A stretch of DNA of 64,000 nucleotides from assembly GCF_000181795.1 (NCBI RefSeq), contig NW_003526943.1:1979647-2043646 (forward strand). The letters are read 5' to 3'. The translations under genes were made by a program, and so were the position numbers. The notes beneath the pieces were generated by a model. The model was not told the origin of the DNA and searched no databases. It was given only the letters and a program-made list of their open reading frames with translations. Within the stretch, counting starts at the first letter, position 1; each line of letters starts with the position of its first letter. Of the stretch, positions 28,732 to 41,700 are shown piece after piece. The DNA comes from Trichinella spiralis. Lineage: Eukaryota.

Positions 28732-29442
28732 TTATAATTAACTGAAAAATGAACTGACCGACTGAAAATTGAAAGTTAATTTGAAAAAATATTCAAAAAG
28801 TAAAAACATAAATATCAACAAACGTTCACTAAAACATACTTCTAATTTATAATTTTTCACCAACTTAGAAGTTTACGGTAACAGTATTACATATAACTTT
28901 ATTGTCATTAAAATTTTAATGATAACAAAGTAACATGGGCGCTGGAAATAATTAAATGATGATACCACAGCATGATTGCAAATAATTAAATTATTTATCT
29001 TTTTTTGTCTATTTCTTTTTTTATTTATATATTTGCTATTCATTACTATTATAATGGTAATGGTAATGATTTGATGAGTGATCATTGTACCTGAGAATCA
29101 TGAAATGAACGTACCATAGTTTGCGTGGTTGTTTTGAGATTAGTCCATAGGTGCTGGTTGGTTGCTTTGCATTAGCGTTGCATAGACGTTATCGAAGCGT
29201 TTCTGAAATTTGTGTCATATATTCCGCATTGTGTACTTAAGTACGTTGAATAGTTTTTTTTGATTTTTATTTTATTTCTGAAATAATGCATATCGGTTTC
29301 TTTTCATCAAAAAGTTCTTTTTTTTTCTTTAGTAGGCTTGTTGCTGAGATATTGTTAGAATATTGCAGTTAATAGTACAAGATCTAGAAAAGCTGTATTC
29401 TGTATTCAATTCTTGTTGATATTGCATTTCTGGAAAGGTATC

Positions 29443-31248
29443 ATGTTATGCCAGATATCGTATTCAGGTAAAGGAACACATTTCAGTGCAATTCTACGCA
29501 CTCTGTATGCACTGTCGTTAATAATTTCTATTATCTCCGGGTCTGCTGTTCTACACTGTGATAGTTCAAAGTTATCAGACATCGTTACAGAAATTGATGG
29601 TGAAGTGCTAGCTTACGTTGACTTAGACAGAGATCTTTTCTTCGATTTGGTTGTCAAAGTAGAACCGAACATTTTGCAGTTTTATTTGGCTAAACAGAAT
29701 GGGTCGGGATTTTTGCTTGCTGACTCTTTCACTATTAAATTGCTTCGGAATCGGAATATTGTCAACGTCGCTGTTGGCAACTTTGACGGTGATATGTATC
29801 CAGATTTACTTGTGACGACTAAAGATATAGTTTCGACGAATTCATCCAAAGTTCATGTTTGTTTCGGTTCTGAGAGGCACTTTTTCTGCGATTCACAGAC
29901 GTACGATATAGAGGATGAACCGCAGCTGGTGGATTGCGATTGTGACCAGAAGTCAGATTTTTTGGCATTGCTGTCAAATGGTTCGATAGCATGTTTTATA
30001 AGTGGAAGATCCGGCCGACAGTTTGTCGAACAGAGATTCATGGTCGAGCTGATATCACCAGTTCGTCGACCATTCTCGGTGGCTTTTGTTGACATGACCG
30101 GCGATCTGATTCCCGAGCTGGTGCTGATGACTGACACAGTGAAAAATGGTTCGTTGGTCGGGTTTGAGGTCTGGACTATAAACGAGACCAGCAGAAGCTG
30201 GGTTCATCTAGATGGAGACATCGAACCTCTGCAGGAGCCGAGAAAGCAGTTGCTTTTGTTGAGCAGTTCAACGAAAATTGGTCAGCCACTGTTCGAGGAC
30301 TTCAACGCCGACGGTCTGATCGACATGATGGTGCCAGTGCTGACCGAAACCGACTCGACAATGATGGTCTGGTCTGACGGCCGATGGTCCGCCTGGACAT
30401 TAAATACTACCGACTCGGATGGCGTTATCTGGCGATTGGTCGTCGACTTGAACCAGTCATCCACGTTCAGTTTGCAAGCCGGCGATTATCTGCACAGCGG
30501 ATATCCAGCTTTGTTGGCAGTGTTGGAAAACGCGAACCGACAACGGGCGGCTTTTTTAATGACCAGCTACCCTTCGCAACGGCAATTTCGCATCGACAAA
30601 CGTCTGCCGTTCTACCGGGACCCTTCACTGACCAATGCAGCCTTTTACGATTTATCCGAAGATGGATTTTTGGATGTGATGCTTTTGCGCAACGTTTCCG
30701 GTAGGTCGTCGTCATTGTTCATCTTGTCCGAGAGAACATTGCAGTCGATTTTTATAAAAATTCAAATATGCTGGCCACTTCCATTCGACAGTTACCTGAT
30801 GTCTTGGCCTGGTTCAAGCGTTCAATTGCAGTTGATTACTTGGAGAGGCACCGTGAACAAATATGCAGGCGCGCTGATGTACAGCACCGCTTACAAGTCA
30901 TTGTTGTTGCCTTACAAAGTTATCTCCACTGGTTGGCATAGGTGGAACGACAACAGACTCAAAGTAGGCGTCGCTGTTTGGTCTAAGGCGACGTTCGAAA
31001 AGCATGATTTAATGCCGATCACAAGAACCTATGTCAATCCTTATCCAGCTGACAAGCCTAAACATTGGAAATTGACCCAAATGATTATTTGGAGTCGAAC
31101 GCGCATTATCAGTGGTTCTGTATTGCTATTGGGGACGATAGTCGTATTATCTATTATAATTTTCTTTATGGAAATCAGACAGTGGCGAATGAAGATGTTG
31201 GGAGAAGAGGAATCGTTGATTCCCCGCATTTCAACCTACTACCGATAA
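29443..31248 (+). CDS. LINKIN / ITFG1 (TIP)-like FG-GAP repeat type I membrane protein, intronless
   Basis: Single ORF with an N-terminal hydrophobic segment, FG-GAP-like repeats (DLDRDLFFDLVV, GNFDGDMYPDLLVT, DMTGDLIPELV, DFNADGLIDM, GDYLHSGYPALL, AAFYDLSEDGFLDV), VNPYPADKPKHW and a C-terminal TM helix. Confidence 0.8.
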   Translation: MLCQISYSGKGTHFSAILRTLYALSLIISIISGSAVLHCDSSKLSDIVTEIDGEVLAYVDLDRDLFFDLVVKVEPNILQFYLAKQNGSGFLLADSFTIKLLRNRNIVNVAVGNFDGDMYPDLLVTTKDIVSTNSSKVHVCFGSERHFFCDSQTYDIEDEPQLVDCDCDQKSDFLALLSNGSIACFISGRSGRQFVEQRFMVELISPVRRPFSVAFVDMTGDLIPELVLMTDTVKNGSLVGFEVWTINETSRSWVHLDGDIEPLQEPRKQLLLLSSSTKIGQPLFEDFNADGLIDMMVPVLTETDSTMMVWSDGRWSAWTLNTTDSDGVIWRLVVDLNQSSTFSLQAGDYLHSGYPALLAVLENANRQRAAFLMTSYPSQRQFRIDKRLPFYRDPSLTNAAFYDLSEDGFLDVMLLRNVSGRSSSLFILSERTLQSIFIKIQICWPLPFDSYLMSWPGSSVQLQLITWRGTVNKYAGALMYSTAYKSLLLPYKVISTGWHRWNDNRLKVGVAVWSKATFEKHDLMPITRTYVNPYPADKPKHWKLTQMIIWSRTRIISGSVLLLGTIVVLSIIIFFMEIRQWRMKMLGEEESLIPRISTYYR

Positions 31249-32776
31249 TTTCAAACTCACCATTGCATTGTTTTGAAATAATATATATATATATTTATTT
31301 ATTTATTTATTTATTTATCTATATATTGTTGTTGTTATTTCCTAGATTATTGTTTTTACTATTTCATCATTTGTTGTCATTATTCAATCATTAAATTAAT
31401 TATTATTATTATGCCTATTACTTTTGTTTTTCAGCAACAGTCCACCATCACTTTGTCTATGAACGGGTTAGAGTGAACGGGCATCGTGTCATTCTGTCAA
31501 TAGCGTAACCCAGAATAAAACAATAGAAAATATGCAAACAAGATAAGCAAATTATCAGAATAAAAATAGCGAATGCAAAGTAGCCAGTTTTACAACAATG
31601 AGTATGTTTGAAAACAGAAACGCGATGGTATGCTTTTCATAAAATCATGCTATCAGTAAAGTGGTCGTGTCAGTGATTAATTATTTTGAAAATTACAAAC
31701 AAAATGCAAAATGAATGGAAAAAAATGTTATAAAACTAAATTGAAAAATGATCAACCGATGTATTATGATGCAATATAATGCTGATGTGGATTTTATAAA
31801 ATTCCTGATGTGAAAATCTGCTATTTTCCCCTAAACAATTTTGTCTAACGTTAAGTGTTGATTTCTAAAAATATAACAGGTTCTGGAAATTTTTAATTTT
31901 ATTTTCACATGTATACCCAAAACAGCCATTTAATTAAGCAGAAAATGTTACGAAATGTATGATTATCCGACGATGCTAAAAATATGACTGTTTCAAAAAT
32001 TTCATAACTTCTGGACCTTTGACGACAAAACTCTTGGACTCAAAAAAATGCTTTCTTTCCCATAAGACAATGTTTAAACGATATTCCAGTATCATTTTGT
32101 AATTCCCTTTGTTGAACTCCCGTTGTTATACGTGGTATACAATGACCTGCATAGCAGTTTAGGAATTCTTTTTATAATATTGTCACATGTGAAAATCATC
32201 AATGGTAGCATTGAATAGCAAGTGAAACCTTGTAATAGCATGTTAATTGGAAATTATTGTTTTTCATACAAATAATATTGTCAAACAATGACAAAGAAAA
32301 CTTGACGTAGTTTGCGCATTTGCACATGTATTTTGTGTTATCATTATTTCTTAACATTTAATTGCACCTATTACGGTGCAGATTAGTGCCCATTCTAACA
32401 ATAAAAGTAAATTGGTTTATAATTATAGATCATTAGGATGAAATACAACGACTAAAATATTTTACAATTTAGAAGATAATCAATTTTCAAATTTAAACTA
32501 AATCATATATATATATATATTTATTTATTTATTTATTTTTGTTTATTTAATTATAGTTTTACAGTTTTTTATTTATTGAAATTCCATCTAATATGAAAAA
32601 ACATAATGAATTAGCTGAAAATACAGTATTTTGTAACAATACTTGATTTTCATTTTTAGATTCCACTTTTTTGTATGATGCAAATTGAATATTTTTGCAA
32701 CTTGTTTACGGGTACTGTTTTGCAGGACTTAGTAAATTTGTGATCGAAAGTAGCATTTGTCGAAGACAGTTACGCA

Positions 32777-35700
32777 ATGAATGAGAAGATGGTATGAGCA
32801 GACGGTCACTTTTTCTGGTGTTTGTCAGAATTTAATTTATAAGTTTACTAAATTTGCTGATATTTTCTTAGATTATTGTTTTGCATTCAGTAGGACATGT
32901 AGAACTGCAGTGCATTTAATTTAGTATTAAAGTTTTCTTTTACTGAATGCTCTACTGTACTGACAGAGTTAGTTTATATTTAGTATAATGTAAACAAGGT
33001 TTATCATTATTGAGAAAAATCATTTAAGGGTTCTGCAGTATTTTTGATGTTTTTTAAATATACTTTTTTTGTTATTTATAAAGTTGTTGTCCATTCAGGA
33101 GCAGGATGGTAAAGATGACATTGAAGTGTTCGGTGAGCATTTGAATAGGCTCTTGTCCATTTACAAGTTAGTTTGAATTTTCGTTTCTTTGTGTCGATGT
33201 TGTTCTAATTGTGTTGTGAATGAATTTCAAGTGTCGAAGGCCAGAAAGTTAACAGAAGTCATACTTATCATCTTTGTTATCTGCTTCATTTTGAATTGTT
33301 ACCTTCTCGCGTTTTGAAAGATATTCAAAATACGGGCGACGGCAGCTATTACAAAACTGAAATGAGATTTTTTACCAAATTAATTCGAGAAAGACCAGCA
33401 GTTCTGACAAATTATAGTAAAGATGCTGAAATTGCTACAAGTACAATTCTTTTTTGCACTTTACTAATTTCAGATGTTTGTTTATTTTGTCATTATATTT
33501 TTTAGCATTTTATTCTTGGACACTGATGAAAACGTTGGGAGTGTTTTCAGTTTACGGTTCTGTAGCGTTAAAAGAGGAAATAATGGAAATGGCTCGGATT
33601 ATTTTCAACGCTCTTGGTCAACGATATAGCGTGTCAGTGATGGAAAGGCTTATTGTTGAATTTTGTAGTCAGTTGTTTTTTTTTGTTTGGCACTTTCAAC
33701 GCTTATAAGAATTTATTTTTGAATATTGATAAATTCAGAAATTCAGTATATTCGAAGTCAAGCGTTGAACAAGGCTGGAACGAAAATGGCATACACATTT
33801 CAGTTGGGTTTGAGATCTATGGAAGTGGAAAGTGTCGGTGAACAATATCCAACTTTTCACATGACTGATTTGGAATTTGAAATTGCAGACAATGATCAGT
33901 GCGAAATATTTCAGCGTTTCTTCTGGTATCAGTCATTAAAATTAATTAAATTGAAATACACGTCAAAGGAAATATTATTTCTTTGTTTTTCAGTGATTTT
34001 ATAACTCAACGAGAATCAATACTGATCAACGTACAGTCGAATTGGTTGGAATGTTTTTTGATTACCATTTTAGATCAATTTGAAGACGGCGATTTTGAGT
34101 TAAAAGAGGTTAGTTGGTACTTATTTGAAAATATTCCATAATATATTTTATATACGTGTTGCATTCGAATTAATTTTTTTTCAGAGAAGTTTGACGTGCC
34201 TTTTGAATATAATTTGCAATGAGAAGACGGTATTTCCACCGCATTTGGGTCCATTTTTTATTGATCACTGTTTCGCATTCATCGAATGGTTAGCTGAATA
34301 CTGGCCGAGCAGTTTTGTGTAAGTAAAGTTTAAAAAATGACAAAAAATAGAAAAAGCTTTTTTATTGTTAATTTATTGTAGAAATGCAGAACACGTTTGC
34401 ACACTTTTGGTTGAAGTTTTGCAATTTTGTACAGCATATGCGAATGGTCATCAACGACCAGTCGGCTGTTCAATTTTGTTTCAAAAAATTACAAGCAAAA
34501 TGTTGACTCAGTTCTGCGAACGTCTGAAGCGGATAATTGTGAATGCAAATTTCGCTTCGTTTGATGCAAAGTTGCGCATCCGCCTGTTGGAAATGTTCAC
34601 CTATTGTTTGTCAAATTTGAGACTGTTCCCGCCAGTAGACGAAGAAATTGCCAACCGTTTGGGCTGTTGTTTCGAAGCGGCTTTGGATAGCTTAATCTCG
34701 CGGACACTTCTAGCTGAGGTAGTTTTGCTTTTTATATGTTTTTTCACTTCCACTGGACAATTATTTTTAGCCATTGGAAATGTTGCTCAGTCATTTGTTT
34801 TATTTTTGTGATCTCGTATGGACAAGTGAATCAACCAGGTACAGTTGGAATGTGGGCAGCTTTACCACGAAGAGCTTACTTATTTACTTACTTATGACAT
34901 GTTTTTTCAGTTGCTTCATTTTTGAATATTACCAGAAAATGTTGGATGAAATTACCAAAGGCTTTGCAGAACCGGCAACAGTATGGCATAAATGAGAATA
35001 TTTTTACAAAAAAGCATATCAGTTATTTGTCTTTTCATCAAATTTTTTCAGGTTATTGAAGCATTATCCACGTGCAATTTTCTTCTGCGCGTACTTTTCC
35101 ACGTAGAAGAGGAGCAAATGTCGTCAAAATTTCGGTTAAAATTTTATGCATATATTTGATGAATATAATTCCATTTTTTAATACTGGTTGATTTAAATTA
35201 TTTTTTTTTGTTTCAGTCAAGCTCTTGACATATTCAAGTGTGAAATTTGCGATCGGCTGTTTTCAATGCAAGATGGTTTCGCCGTGGTGGTGCCAAATTT
35301 GAACGGCTTGAATCCCGACATAGCGGCTTCCATGTTCCAACTTTTGATCGACACGATTACATTAATTTTGCTGGCGTTTGTAAACAGTAAAATGATGCTT
35401 TTGTTGTTGTTTATCGAAATTTATTTTTTCCATTTAATATGGATTCTATTTCAATTGCCCAGAAATGAAGGTTCATCATGTTAATTTTGCTACTGCTTTG
35501 CTATCATTGCCATGGATTGACACGGTAAGTTATTGAACCATTTGTTGATAAAGATTATTCGTTATTATTATTATTATATTTATTTTGGTTTGTTAATTCA
35601 GGAAGATTTGTTGGATTCGAAATGTGCAGATGTTGAACAATTTTCATCGATGAAATTGATCGTATCGCGTTTAGGTGAGGTTATTGTTTTTTTTGAATAT

Positions 35701-38700
35701 GATAATTCTTTTGAAAATTCCATCTTTGAAAAAGATTAAAATTTTTGTTTGTTTTAATAAAATTTTTTACTCATCAGATCTGTGTGCTGTTGTCCAGAAG
35801 TGTTTGCATTCGTTGTCAATTATGCCATCGATGTTTTGTCCATTGTGGAGAAGTTACATATTTAAAAGTTGCATTGTAATGTGCTTTTTTACAATTGTTT
35901 GTTTGTTTATTTATTTATTTATTTATTTTGCGTAGATGTCCGGAAGAAGTGAATATTTTTTGTATTCTTTGAAGAGGTTGCCGACATTGTTGCAGCATTT
36001 ATCTCTGGATCATCGTCAACAATATTTCACCGAAATACAAAAGTAATCAAATTACAACGTCGTCATAAATTCGCAATTGTTTTCTATTGTTGATTTTTAA
36101 TATTTCAGTCTTGCATGTTCGAATCATTTCCATGGTGATGATCAGACGAAATTGATTGGCGCCTTCAGTGAATGCATCTGCGTCATGGCCAATGCCTGTG
36201 ATATGAAGTGACACTATTAATAATTTTGATCCATTGGTAAAATTCCTCCCACTGACGGAAATTTTAACCAAATTCTAGTTATGATGAAGAACAAAAAGCA
36301 AAGTGCAGATGTTGCTCTGGTGAATTTTTGAAAATTGACCACGACAGCTTTGCCAAGTATATGCCGACGTTCTGCCCCACTAGGTTCCTGTTCGACCGTA
36401 TCTCCGAGGCAAAATTAGCCAATGAATGTGAGCTTGCTGCAAGCTTAGTTGTTTTTTCCTTTGCAAAACTGACTTTGCCAAATTTCTAGATTTGGCTTTG
36501 TTGGATTTGATTCGTGTTGTTCTTGTCCATTGCAATTTGACGGAAAATGAAGTTTTTGAAATTTACCAAAAGACGTGCTTTTTGATAGATTTCGAAGATT
36601 TGTCAGTCAGGAAGAAATGCAGGTATGCAGGACTGCTTTTTATTTGTCTTTTTTTTCATTTGTATAATTTTTTTAAAAAAGCATTTGCATTGGCTTGATG
36701 ACCGCGTTGATTGACAACGATGAATTTGTGGAATCGATCAAAAGTGCGTTGAGTCGAGTGCAAACGGGCGAGTTTGAACATTCCAGCCAGTCGTTGTTGT
36801 ATTATTTAGGAGAGACGGCAAAGTGATTATTGTTTGTTTGTTTGTTTGTTTATTGAAGTTGTAATTTTGTTTCTTGACTTTTCAAGGTACGCCAGAGAGG
36901 CACTTTACGAACACGCGATTGTGCGGTTCACGATTTTCACACTGGCCCAAGTTGGCGGCGACAGTCTGCTCAGACTTGCGGCCGAAACGTTGAAGGATGT
37001 CTGCCTTATGCGGGGCACAACTCCCAAACGCTTGCACGTACGGTTCGGCTGTCCAATCGGCCGCCACTTGGTTCGCCTGTGTTGCGACGTGTTGCGCGAA
37101 AGTCACGGCGATAGGGCGAGCAGCGACGAGGTCGGCTGCATTCTGCGCAACGCGGCCGTGCTGTTCGACTACGGCGAACGCCAGGTGGCGCAGTTCGTTC
37201 AGAGCAGCGTGCGCCACCTGGTGCCTTGGCTGATGATCGAACGGTCGAACGAGGCGAGCCGGGCCCACGTGGTCGTCGCCAAACTGTTGGGCACCAATCG
37301 TCACTGTCTGCTCGCCTGCAATTTCAGACACGTCGTGCTGACGATCACGCTCAACGAGTTGCCCAACGATCAAGTGGAACGGGTATTCGAGTTCATCGAA
37401 CGCGAAGGTAGTGTCGAGCCGGCTGGCCGAAAGAGGGGCTTTTCGTCGGTCGGCGGTGGCGGTGGTGGCCAACGCTGGACAGTGGCCACCTATTTGTCGT
37501 GGGATTTGTATTCGTGCGTCAACGAGCTGTTGTTGCACTTGTCGTTGAACGTGGAACGCGTGCTGCGCATGCTGTTGACCATCGTCCACAATTTCGGCCG
37601 TCCGCCGGACGTCAGCGCCAGCGCGGCCGAAGCCGAAGTGATCGGCTTCATCAAGCCGCGCATCTTGGGCGTGTTGATCAAGTTCGAAGAGAAATTTCGC
37701 AGCGGCGATCCAGTGCGAGACAAGCTCGTCGCTTTGAACAGTCTCGACTGTTTGATGCTGATGTGCGGCGGTCAGATTCTCGACCAGGCCAAGTTGAAAG
37801 TGTTGTCCACGTTGCGGTCCGCGTTGGCGGTCCAAGATGCCCAATTTCGACAACTCTGTTCCCGAGCTTGGCACACATTTTTCACCCATTTGCGCGACGA
37901 CGCGCTCAAAGATATTCTGCTGTCGGCAGTGTTGACCATGTTACCATTGTTTGAATGCGAAGAACAACCACAAGCACAACCCGACGAAGCACAGCAGCGG
38001 AAGTCGATGGATTACAACGAGTCGATTTTGAATTTTTTGTTCGAACAACGAGCCGCGTTGGTCGGAGACGAACTCGACGCGTTGGCGTTTCTACTGCTCG
38101 AAGGGGAGCAGCAGTGTCGCGCACCAGTGGCGCTGCTGCGCCGTCTGCGCCGCCCCGACGCTTGCGCCGACTGGCCGCTCGAGACGGCTCTGGCGCGCTG
38201 TTCGGCTCTGCTACTTGGATCGGAAAGCGCCGACATCCGACGACGCTGTCTGGTCAGCCTGTCCGGCGTGCTTAGACGCCGCGATGTGGAACTGGCGCGC
38301 CGTCTGGCGGGTGCCGACGTCGTCGACGCGACCGTCGCCCGCCTGCACGTCGCGCTGATGCACTGCGTACGCGCCGGCGACGAGTCGGTTCGTCTGCTCG
38401 CCGCGTCGGCTCTGGGCCAACTCGGTGCGCTCGACCCGGGCCGTCTGCCGGCGCTCGACCGTCGTCCCGAAGCCGACGTGTCGCAGCCGCTGCTCTACGC
38501 CGACTTCAGCGCCGACTACAATTCGCGCTTCGGCGCCACGGTGCTCGTCGAACTGGCGAAATACATGACCGCCGCCACGGACGGCTTTTTGTACGACGCC
38601 TGCAGTTGCACCATTCAAGAAGTGTTGAATTTTTTCAACTGCGCCCAAGACAAGGACACCTCGCAGACCAGCGCCGGCTTGCTCTGGGCAATTTTGCCCA

Positions 38701-41700
38701 CCCACGTCCAGACGCTCATTTCACCGTTGCTCACCACCAGCTATCGGTTCCGGGCCAGGAAAAATGCCACCATCGACCAGCGTCCAATCTTCGGCACCCC
38801 CTTTGGCTGCAACATGAAAATTTGGTTGCAAAGTTGGATCTCGGTCCTGGTGAAAACGGTAATGTACTGTATTTATTTATTTTTTTTTACTTTTTTTAAA
38901 ATAAATATTATAAAAATTTCCAGATCAAAAACGAAACTGCCGGTCGATTTTACAAAACCGTCGCCGTGATGACCGAATACGAGGTCGGATTTGCTCATTT
39001 CTTGTTGCCGCATGTTTTGTTTCAAAAAGTCATCGAAAATGACTTTGACGAGGTTGAATGAAGAGAAACTTGATTGATTATGTTAATTAATTTTTATTTT
39101 AAAAAATCAAGGTATTGAACGAAGTTCTCAAAGTGTTGCATTCGTTCAATGAAAAGAACAATTTGGAAAAGTCGTTTTGCAGCGCCGCTTGTCAAGTTGT
39201 CTTCAGCTCTACGGATTTTCTGCGCAAATGGGCTAACCGTGCTCGTGCTTGGCCTGAAAAAGGTATCCTTTTATTTAATTTTTGTTGTTTATTCCATTAA
39301 TTTGTTTACTTCTTTTTTAGATACCGAAAGAGGGTATATTATGAATTTTTTGAATTCCATTCCGAAAAATTTGCTCGCCGAATGCGCGATGCTTTGCAAC
39401 GCCTACACCAGATCGTTGATGTATTACGAGATGTATTTGGACAGTTCCAATGCTAACATTGAAGAGCACATGCCGTTTCTTCAAGTATTTTTGCCAGTTG
39501 TGTTCAACTGACTATTTTATGGTATTTAAGACACCATTAACTTTCAGAAATTGTACGCTTATTTGGAAGATGTTGATGCAGTGAAAGGGTCGTTGACTTT
39601 CAGAATTGCTCACGGCAAGCCTACCTTACACGAGTACATTTTAACTTACGAATCTATAGGTATTATTTGTTTGTTTGTTTTTGTTTGTTTTTTGGAACAA
39701 TTTTCATCTACAGGCAATTATCACGATGCACTACCGTATCACGAAGCAGTTACGGACGCGTATCCGGACGACTTGTCCAATCACATTGCTTTCGTTCAGT
39801 GCATGCTGAAGTTGAATCAAGTGACCGTATCTCTGCGTTACATCGACGGTCTTCGATCTGAAAAGTATTTTAAAAAAAACAAAAAATTTTTTTAATTGAA
39901 AATTATTCCCTTGCTGTTGGATTCAATTTCAGCAAAGAATGGTCCGAGCGTTTGCATTTGTGTCGGGCAGAAACGCTACGTCGATTGCAAAGCTGGGATC
40001 TGTTGAAACAAGAAATTGATGAAGTAGAAATAAATGTTTATCTCTATTTATTTGTAATGTTTTATTATTAATAAATTTTTTTGAAAAAAATAGCATCCAT
40101 CTTCGGTTGGTTGGGATGCGGATTTGGGACGATTGATGCTGTGCGTCAAAGAGCGCAAATGTGATTCATTTCAAGCGGAAATGAGCGCTGTTCGGTCGAG
40201 AATCATGGACGAAATCAGCGTTGCAATGATGGACTTTGCTAGCTACGAGAGAATCTACGGTTCAGTTTTGAAGTAATCCGAAACGTGCTTGTTTATTTAT
40301 TGTTGATTTTTCAAAGCGATGATTCATCGTATTTTTGCAGGTTGCATCAGTTGTACGAAGTGCAGCAATTTTTGGAACAAGTTGGTCGTGCTGGCGAAGA
40401 AGATCCCAATGCAGTGTTGACAAACTTGGGACACTGTTGGGATAGTCGATTGAAATTGTTGCAGGTTTATATTTATTGATAAATTTGTTTGTTTGTTTGT
40501 TTGTTAAATTATTTATATTTAAAGCATTCGTCCAACGTGCGTCACCCTGTGCTGGAGTTGAGACGTCAGCTGCTTGACTTTTGGCCTCGTTGTGATGAAA
40601 CGATCGAAATGATCGGCAGTTCGTGGTTACGCAGCGCCAAAGTGGCCAGAAAGTAAGAAAGTGATTGAAAAAATAATAAGTAAATATAGGATATTAGTTT
40701 TTTTCTATATACTTTCAGAGCGGGTCATTTGCAGTCCGCATGGAGCTATTTGGCGAAGGTAAAGGGTAAAAATTTCGACGCCGTATTTGTCGAAGAAGCG
40801 AAATTGCTGTGGTTGAAGGTGCTTGGGGAAAAAAATTTTTTTTCTTTTTGTCCACTTGCAACATTAATAATTCATAATTTATCAATTCAGAACGAACAAG
40901 GCGAAGCGTTGAGTTGTCTCGAAAATGGTATCAGTAGTCGATTTTCCAAACTGTTCATTTCACCCAATCAAGCCGAAGCCGACGAACACAGGCCACTTTT
41001 TGCAAAAGTCTGTTACCATATTTTATATATAGATGTTGAAATAAATTCAAATTTCAATTCTTCCTTTCTCCACAAATTAATTAACTATTTTCTTGTTCAG
41101 GCGCAGTTGCTGTTGGCAAATTATGCTCGAGATTCGTCGTCGCGTGATGCATTCGAAGTGTTGGATTTGTACAAAAAATTGTTGAACACTTGTCCAGATA
41201 ACGAACAAGGTTATTACAATACGGCCGTCCATTTGGATCAAATTGCACAAACTCACGTATGCTGATGTTGAATAATTTGATTCTTTATTAATTTTTTCTT
41301 ATTGTTGTTGTGTTTTATTTTTCAAGAGCTACAGGCATAGTTATCATATTGTATTGCCGAAAATGGTCTCGTCGTACGGTAAATCACTTAAATACGGTTT
41401 GAAAAATTTGCATCATTCCATGCCACGCTTGCTGACACTTTGGTTAGACAGCACTGCCCGAGTTTGTGTTTCTTGTTTCGTTTTGCTAATACATAATTGC
41501 TTGGTTCGATTTGTTTGTTGTTTAGCTTCACCAAAAACAGACCAAGAGCAAAGGGGATCGAGATGCGGATGTTGGTCTGTCCGAGTCGGACAATGGTCAA
41601 AAGATGGAATTGTTGAATTCGTTGAATAAAATTGTTCGACAATTGAGCGACGAACTTCCCGTTCAACTGTTCTATTCTTGCTTTTCGCAGCTAATTTCGC

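Noticed and set aside
36882..38705. Long antisense ORFs opposite ATR (also 42400-43398)
   Set aside because: Expected shadows of GC-rich coding exons; no recognisable domains.
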